Origin: a virus
DNA length: 64,000 nucleotides
Direction: 5' to 3' (one strand)
IMG/VR virus record: IMGVR_UViG_3300025108_004223
Coordinates: 62,763 to 126,762 of that record
The position numbers were made by a program, and so were the translations under genes. The notes beneath the pieces were generated by a model. That model worked only from the letters and a program-made list of their open reading frames with translations. It did not search any database and had not been told where the DNA came from. The first letter of the stretch is position 1; every line of letters begins with the position of its first letter. Positions 63,470-64,000 of the stretch are shown in pieces.

Positions 63470-64000
63470 CTATTTGTATTTATCGGCGAATCCTGCGTTC
63501 GAATCTCCGCCTTGTCGTTCTATACTGCGTTCACCGTTTACGTAATCATTTTTACATGCTTCTGTTAGTGCTAGATAACTGTCTTGACAGATGTCCGTGA
63601 AGTATGGCTCTAACATTTCACTGCGTTGATATGTATATAATCTATATAATGGTCCATTTAATTTAGGATATTGATATATAAAGATTTTATTTAAATAGAA
63701 TAAATTAGCATAATTTGTTTCCGGCATCTGATATCCTAAATTGTTCTGTATCAAATAAATTGTATGCTCAACCCATTGTTGATAACTTGTTAAGATCGTT
63801 GTCATTGCACTGTGATCTATGAATATGAAACTGTCTAACATATACATTGGCGTATGACTATTACCTGTAGGCGTTGTATTTCCTACTATAGCATAGTGAG
63901 AGTCTGTTGGGTAATCAAATCTTTCCCCACTGCCATCAACACACCGTAGCATAGCATCAAAGTCAAATCCCAACGCTGGAAACACATCTAGTCTCCCTTT
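63470..64000 (-). CDS. Hypothetical protein (5' end beyond window)
   Basis: Frame stays open upstream of the track's GTG at 63985 to the window edge (KGRLDV...). Confidence 0.55.
   Translation of the reverse strand, partial: KGRLDVFPALGFDFDAMLRCVDGSGERFDYPTDSHYAIVGNTTPTGNSHTPMYMLDSFIFIDHSAMTTILTSYQQWVEHTIYLIQNNLGYQMPETNYANLFYLNKIFIYQYPKLNGPLYRLYTYQRSEMLEPYFTDICQDSYLALTEACKNDYVNGERSIERQGGDSNAGFADKYK

Noticed and set aside
4-63985. Other short plus-strand and alternate-frame ORFs in the track (e.g. 25557..26012, 45039..45371, 51697..52089)
   Set aside because: All overlap well-supported genes and lack motifs and initiation signals.
1-64000. Stop-codon reassignment as in some jumbo phages
   Set aside because: Conserved genes are full length under code 11 and end in TAA, TAG and TGA; no suppressor tRNA seen.
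1-64000. Bacterial chromosome or prophage origin
   Set aside because: Single-strand dense packing, T4-type late promoters, gp45-like clamp, T4-type RNase H and isolated metabolic genes without their usual operon neighbours fit a large lytic phage; no integrase or att site.

Overview
A 64-kb, AT-rich segment of a large T4-like (jumbo) bacteriophage genome, probably marine; its Prs, MetK and transporter genes resemble alphaproteobacterial ones (inference). Nearly all genes lie on the minus strand, tightly packed, with sigma70-type early promoters (TTGACA/T-N17-TATAAT-like) and T4-type late promoters ((T)ATAAATA). Core phage genes include a gp45-like sliding clamp, an RNase H/5'-3' exonuclease, thymidine kinase and an AAA+/vWA pair. 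Most of the window is biosynthetic or modification enzymes. (1) A 7-deazaguanine module (FolE, QueD-like, QueE, TGT/DpdA-like transglycosylase next to the clamp) has GalE and a GT-B glycosyltransferase embedded in it and no QueC in view. (2) Two large tailoring clusters together hold seven twitch/SPASM radical SAM enzymes, an amidinotransferase, a carbamoyltransferase, a Kdo-hydroxylase homolog, 2OG-Fe(II) oxygenases, four SGNH-like proteins, sulfotransferase-like proteins with APS kinase, methyltransferases and a nucleotidyltransferase. (3) Cofactor-support genes: MetK, MTA/SAH nucleosidase, Prs, FTR1, peroxiredoxin, nitroreductase, TctA/TctC. There are two tRNA-Arg genes (one with the rare GCG anticodon), a subtilase with a predicted beta-barrel, and a late-expressed envelope module with Cys-rich repeats. 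No CRISPR array, intron or IS element was seen. All family calls are by-eye motif recognition; no database search was run.
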